A stretch of 64,000 bases of DNA, taken from Neoechinorhynchus agilis (lineage: Eukaryota; Animalia; Acanthocephala). Made by a program: the position numbers and the translations under genes. Below the pieces are notes generated by a model. It saw only the letters and a program-made list of their open reading frames with translations, searched no databases and was not told the DNA's origin. Location of the stretch: positions 3,657,489 to 3,721,488 of the forward strand of contig CM121342.1 of assembly GCA_051530055.1 (NCBI GenBank). The letters are read 5' to 3'. This document shows positions 58,562 through 64,000 of the stretch, in pieces (the stretch's first letter is position 1; the number at the start of each line of letters is the position of its first letter).

Positions 58562-60016
58562 ATGGTTCTGGATCTAGACATTCTTCGCAAGGATAAAGGA
58601 GGAGATCCCGATTTGGTCCGTCAATCGGAAATCAATCGGTATAAAGGAACTGCCTTAGTAGACAAAGTGCTCGAGAAAGATGATCAATGGAGAAAAGAGC
58701 GTTTTCGTTTGGACAACTGGCATAAAAAGAAGAATATGTGCGGTCGAGCTTTTCGGGAACGAATGAAAAATAAAGCAGAGATTAAAGGACAGGAACCTCT
58801 TTCGGTTGACGATATCCTTTCTTTGAGTTTTGAACAAATGTCTCTATGTTCAAGGGATGACATTCGTGCAATCAGTGTGAAAGTAGACGATGAAATCGCG
58901 AAAAGTAAACAACGAGTTAGTGAGTTAGAGGCCGAACGAGATGCTGCTTTCAACGAAATAGGAAATCTTCTCCACCCTCAAGTGCCCATCAGTAACGATG
59001 AACAAAACAATCGAATCGAACGAACGTTTAAACCTGAACCAAGGAGAAATCAACCAACTGAACTTTTGTCTCATATTGATCTTTGTGTACTGATCGATGG
59101 AGTTGATTATGAACGCGGTCAGAAAGTGATGGGATCCCGTGGATATTTCCTAAAAGGCCCATTGGTATTTCTTGAACAAGCACTCGTTCAATACGCTTCT
59201 CGAATTCTCCTCGACGACGGATATCAATGTCTATCTACTCCAATAATGATAAAAAGATCAATTATGCAGGAAGTCGCACAGCTTAGTCAATTCGATGAAG
59301 AGCTCTACAAAGTTACTGCTGGTTCAACGGACGAAAATGACGATCATACAAAATATTTGATTGCTACAAGTGAGCAACCAATCGCTGCTTTTCACCGTGA
59401 TGAATGGCTTTCTCCTCAAACTCTCCCTGTGAAGTACTGTGGAATAAGTCCGTGCTTTAGATTAGAAGCTGGTAGTCATGGAAAAGACACTCGTGGGATT
59501 TTTCGCGTTCACCAGTTCCAAAAGGTCGAACAATTCGTTATAACGTCGCCCTCAGACAGTTGGCCAATGTTTCATCGAATGATTGAACATTCAGAGAAAT
59601 TCGCTCAAGCACTTGGCCTTCCCTATAGAATAGTTAATATTGTATCCGGGGAATTAAATAATGCTGCTGCGATGAAGTACGATTTGGAAGCCGAATTTCC
59701 AGGAAGTGGAACCTTTAGAGAACTCGTTAGTTGTTCAAACTGTACGGACTATCAATCGCGACGTCTTAAAGTTCGATTTGGACAAACTAAAAAGAGTACT
59801 GTTAGCGGCGGCCCCATTCCTGCTGTCGAATACGTTCATATGTTGAATGCTACGATGTGTGCCACTACTCGTACAATGTGTGCTATTCTCGAAAATCATC
59901 AAACTGAAGAAGGGATTGCGATTCCTGAAGCATTAGAACCCTATATGCCTGCTCAGTACAAAAAACTGATTCCTTTCGTCAAATCTAAGGGAGACGAATC
60001 GAACGGAAAATCATAG
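58562..60016 (+). CDS. SARS1: Cytosolic seryl-tRNA synthetase
   Basis: MVLDLDILRKDKGGDPD, EIGNLLHP, YLIATSEQPI, FRLEAGSHGKDTRGIFRVHQF, ELVSCSNCTDYQSRRL. Intronless. Confidence 0.97.
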   Translation: MVLDLDILRKDKGGDPDLVRQSEINRYKGTALVDKVLEKDDQWRKERFRLDNWHKKKNMCGRAFRERMKNKAEIKGQEPLSVDDILSLSFEQMSLCSRDDIRAISVKVDDEIAKSKQRVSELEAERDAAFNEIGNLLHPQVPISNDEQNNRIERTFKPEPRRNQPTELLSHIDLCVLIDGVDYERGQKVMGSRGYFLKGPLVFLEQALVQYASRILLDDGYQCLSTPIMIKRSIMQEVAQLSQFDEELYKVTAGSTDENDDHTKYLIATSEQPIAAFHRDEWLSPQTLPVKYCGISPCFRLEAGSHGKDTRGIFRVHQFQKVEQFVITSPSDSWPMFHRMIEHSEKFAQALGLPYRIVNIVSGELNNAAAMKYDLEAEFPGSGTFRELVSCSNCTDYQSRRLKVRFGQTKKSTVSGGPIPAVEYVHMLNATMCATTRTMCAILENHQTEEGIAIPEALEPYMPAQYKKLIPFVKSKGDESNGKS

Positions 60017-60409
60017 GTAATGATTTCTTCCCAATATAGAGATAAAATAAAGACCAGAAACTTTTTTTCTTTGATTTGCATAGTATCAGCATAATGGATT
60101 CTATGTGATTCTTATCGAATGAGGAAAATGCGAAGAAAAAGGATTATTTCTCATATTTCTTTGTTCAGAGCAACCTTTAATTGATTTTGATCCTTTTGAG
60201 CAACGACTATGTATTTAAAAATGTTTTTGGAAGGTCGAACTTCTAAGAATTCATTGCCCCTATGATTTAAAGCCCCCTTTTAAAAACTCGCTAGAAGTCT
60301 TTATGGTAGTAGCTCTTATAAGCCATCATGATTTTGAGTTATCATTCAAAATCACGTTTTACGAATAATGGTGATTATAGAATGCTCGCGGGTAACTGCA
60401 CAATTTTAG

Positions 60410-62588
60410 ATGCCTTCAAAAATCAATGACGAACTCGATGACGCAGAAATCAATAATATAGAAATCATATTCCAGTCTTGGCAAGTGTCGGAAATCGAGT
60501 GCTATTTGAGAACTATTGAACGGAAACGTGGATTGAAGTCCGAGCAACTCCGAAGTCTAGCAGGCAACAAATATCGAGATATGTTGGATTGCGCTCAGCG
60601 AATGAACAAACTTAGACTTGATCTTTATGGGATTTATAGTCAAGTGCCAGGAAAAGTGAACGACGTAGTCGAAAATAAAGATACGGAGATTCGAATAGAC
60701 AGAAACTATTCTCTTGTAAACGAGATCGCCGAATTATTGAGGACGGATCGATGTATTGAAAGTGTCGAAAAAGTCAACGCTTTAGACAGCGACATTAGAG
60801 AAAGATGGCCGATTTTTCGGGTTATTTAGTTTCTAAAACTCACGAGTAAATCTATCAATTAATTTCGGACCATTAAAAGGATATTGTATCGACTAAAAAT
60901 TAATATAGTCATTTAAATGAATGAATTTAACTTTCTTTACTATCTTTTGGTAAATTATTTAGCCTTAAGAATCAGTATGCCGATAAAATGGATGAATCCG
61001 ATCAGCGTTAAGGGTTTTAATTTCCAAAGCGATAATCCGTATTGATGCATTGAAGTTCGCGTAGAATTTCTTTGATTTAATCGTGATTGGACAAAGATGG
61101 AAACCAGGTCCATAAAAAAAGTATTATATTTATTTTGAGTGATTCGTTACGATTATCTCATTCCGTAGTTACTTTTAAAAATGTGGACTTCAACTCGACC
61201 ATCTGATGCGCGAGATCTATGCATCCGAGAAGATATTCTCAAACGATTAGATAGAATGGTTTTTGATAAAAACGACAATATGGCCCTAAAAGCGATTGAA
61301 CGTCTTCTTGGCAATGAACTCAGTTTATTTGAACATTTAATGGACGTCTCGATTCTTGAAATCAAAAATAGCAGTGATGTTAGAAATGCCTTTGCGACAT
61401 ATCGACTATCGATAGACCTAGTTACAGATAATCGATTAAGATTGGGAAATGAGCTATGTGAAGCAGTAATGAGCGTTAATTCTATATATTTGAGCATTAC
61501 TATAGATTTGAGGTTTTTAGTTCCTTGATTATTTTCACTGACCGAAATTTCGATTAATAAGATGCGTAACCGAACGTGGACCGTAAAGTTTAATTTCGTT
61601 TAGTTCGTTTCCTTTTGTTCATTAGAATTAGCGTCTTAATAGAGCGGCACTTAAATGCTTCTCAAACTGAGTATCAGGCGGTCTTGGACGAGATGTCCAA
61701 AACTGGATTGGATAATAGCGTGGAGCACCGTTTGAGAGAAATAACTGCTTACGCTAGATCAGAAGTCGAAAAGACGAAATGTGCGATGGTTACGGCCGCC
61801 ATTATTAATTTTAAACATCGTTTTGAACACCAAGAAGAAGAGGAGGATAGAATCATCCTGCGCAATGAACTAAGGTCCAAATGCGGTGAATGTATTTCCA
61901 TTGAGACCGTTTTAAAAGAGTTATTCAAACGTTCTGCATCCTTAGATACGGACCATTTGATATAAAGGCTAATTTGGACAAAATGCTAAATGAAGAAAAT
62001 AAATTCCTTACTGTTATTGACTTAATCGAAACTTTAAATATCTCAGATGTGGAATATATTCGTGAGATCAAATGGAAAGCTCTTGAGATGGCGAGTACTT
62101 GTTCCTTCGATTGGTCGGGTGTTAATACCTCTTTATTTGAGTCACCGTCAGGAATTCCCAGTCAACTTTCTCCGGCAGTACTTGAAACAATTATTCGTCA
62201 GTCTCACGTTTATCACCATCATATGGAACATTGCTCAAAACAAAAAAGTATTGTCCTCAACGATTACATAATTGATTTAATCCTTAATCGTACTCCCTCT
62301 TGTCGGCAAGCACTTTTTGACTGTCTTGCTTTAAAAACAATTTCAGAAGGAAAGCAGCAAAATAAAGCTGATCAGCTCATTGATTCAGTAAGAAAAAGAT
62401 TTGACAGCAGCGACCTCATTTGGTTAGAGCCGAAAATCGAGAAAAGCGTCCGTAATGCGCTTTTGGGACGCTACAGAGCATTCGTCGGAGGATATTTGAA
62501 CGATGAAGAACGTAGTTGTTCAGTTGATCAATCGGAGAATGTACCGATGGTGGAATGTATGGTACGTTTGGATTTTAGACGAAAATGA
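60410..62588 (+). CDS. COG1: Conserved oligomeric Golgi complex subunit 1-like, multi-exon
   Basis: N-terminal Vps51/COG1 motif (KSEQLRSLAGNKYRDMLDCA). Four successive same-strand ORFs; one clean GT-AG intron at 61513-61625. Other junctions are unresolved. Confidence 0.7.
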
Positions 62589-62931
62589 GGTTTCTCTCTG
62601 TGCTTCAAGCGTTCTAAACTTTCACGATAAGTTCGCTCTGATTCTAAGTTAGCTTTAGGATCTGGAAAAAATAAAAATAGATTACCATGAAACGTACTTA
62701 GTCGTAGATGTGAAAATCTTTTTGCTCGGTCTTCTCTGAATCACTCATTTCGTTTCCGCATTACCTGATCAACGAGGATCACAACCTTTTTTCCAAAGTT
62801 CAACCAATGATTCAAAACGATTGCTCATTTCTCATGCACGTAAAGGTATGAAGCTGTACCGTTTTCTTTCCTTTTTTTTGTTAACTGAACGATTTTACTT
62901 GTACCAAGCACAAAATATCTACTTGGTAACA

Positions 62932-63189
62932 ATGAACGATAATGATACCGTGCCAACCACTATGACTATTTATGAACCACCCGAGAATACAAACGAAGAA
63001 GTCGATGAAATAAAAGTTGGTTACAAAGCTCGCTTCAAGGAAATAATGGAGCAAAGACGTATCAGTGCTCAAAAACTAAAACAAAAAGCAAAGCCTGCAC
63101 GTTTTAGGCAGACTGGAGCTTTTCTCATTGGACTAGCAGTTTTGGTTGCCTGCTCTTTAGTAGTCGCCATTGTATTTTTGACCAAGTAG
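62932..63189 (+). CDS. Small tail-anchored membrane protein (85 aa from ATG 62932)
   Basis: Acidic then basic cytosolic part, C-terminal TM GAFLIGLAVLVACSLVVAIVFL, AATAAA downstream. Confidence 0.55.
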   Translation: MNDNDTVPTTMTIYEPPENTNEEVDEIKVGYKARFKEIMEQRRISAQKLKQKAKPARFRQTGAFLIGLAVLVACSLVVAIVFLTK

Positions 63190-63379
63190 GAATATCGAAT
63201 TCAGGTTGAATTTTAATAAAATTAAAGGACTAGATTTTCGTCTAAAACGACGTTTAATGACAAAAATGAGACTAATGAGTTATCAGACAATATTGTACCC
63301 TTGTCTTACGCCATCAGACTATCTTTTAAAGGACTATCTACTGCTATTCTAGGTTCTGTTCATATTGTTATTAAGGTTT

Positions 63380-63607
63380 TTATATCGATATAATCGATTG
63401 ATGTCTACCTGATTTATACAGGTGAATTTGGGCGTTCGCTATATTAGCGTTGATTGTGGAGATGAGATCAATGTTAGGAATGTCAGGATCATCAGTTCCG
63501 ATGGTAAGTACGCTATCGATGCAGACAACATTTCTTCGGTACACTTTAACAATATTGTTTAAACCCAATTCGAGGAGAGCCAATGTATCAGTCAGTTCGA
63601 TCGGCAT
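63380..63607 (-). CDS. Possible exon of an unidentified gene
   Basis: 75-codon ORF with protein-like composition; no recognisable motif. Confidence 0.25.
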   Translation of the reverse strand: MPIELTDTLALLELGLNNIVKVYRRNVVCIDSVLTIGTDDPDIPNIDLISTINANIANAQIHLYKSGRHQSIISI

Positions 63608-64000
63608 CGTTACTCTTTTATGTCCTCGAAATATACAAGAACAAAAAACCTTTTCCTAAAATATTGACTACATGTTCTCCTTAACCGCATTTGATATGTC
63701 TATTGTCCAAATTTCCATTTGAGACTATAGGATGATTCATCTATGATTTTCTAAATGTCCTTTCAAGCTTTGTCAAAGATCGGAATAGAGAAGTTGATAA
63801 TTCATGGCTCGTTGTTCGTACATCATTTCCTAGACGAGGAGAAACCCTGTAGAAAACGTTTGGAATAGTCAGATAGCTTAAAGATTCATTGATTGCCTAA
63901 AAAACACTTTCACTCGCTATTTAAAGCCACAAGTAAATGATCGCTGATTTCCATTAAGTTTCCCGTTAAAACACAAGAAAGCGGGTTGTAATTCGTCTTC

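Overview
Eukaryotic, almost certainly animal DNA (LIM-homeobox, CCP/sushi and IRS-type PTB genes) from a compact, AT-rich, intron-poor genome. It looks like a long-read assembly with indel noise in some repeats. About 20 protein-coding genes are supportable: coiled-coil protein, RNF115/126, PITP, PTB adaptor, three related single-pass membrane proteins, a duplicated EF-hand-like protein, a divergent TFIIA-gamma, a secreted Gly/Ser/Glu repeat protein, a BLVRB-like reductase, PRPS, an orphan repeat protein, an acid phosphatase, LIM-homeobox, a sushi protein, DOHH, SerRS, COG1 and a tail-anchored protein. Nine unrelated non-coding tandem arrays (units about 79-400 bp) cover roughly 29% of the window. 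Palindromic MITE-like elements, a tRNA-derived SINE and LTR/non-LTR relics are also present. No rRNA, functional tRNA or CRISPR array was found. Main finding: five genes (coiled-coil, PITP, PRPS, acid phosphatase, DOHH) each carry one 182-1169 nt interruption. Each restores the reading frame when cut between an upstream xTA codon and a downstream ATA (one TA kept), and an imperfect stem pairs its two ends. In one allowed register all five read A...AT, not GT...AG. They coexist with short canonical GT-AG introns. This looks like a TA-bounded, hairpin-defined non-canonical intron or excised-element class. It recalls, but does not obviously match, the transposon-derived non-canonical introns of the larvacean Fritillaria. 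All junctions are inferred from DNA alone and need transcript data.
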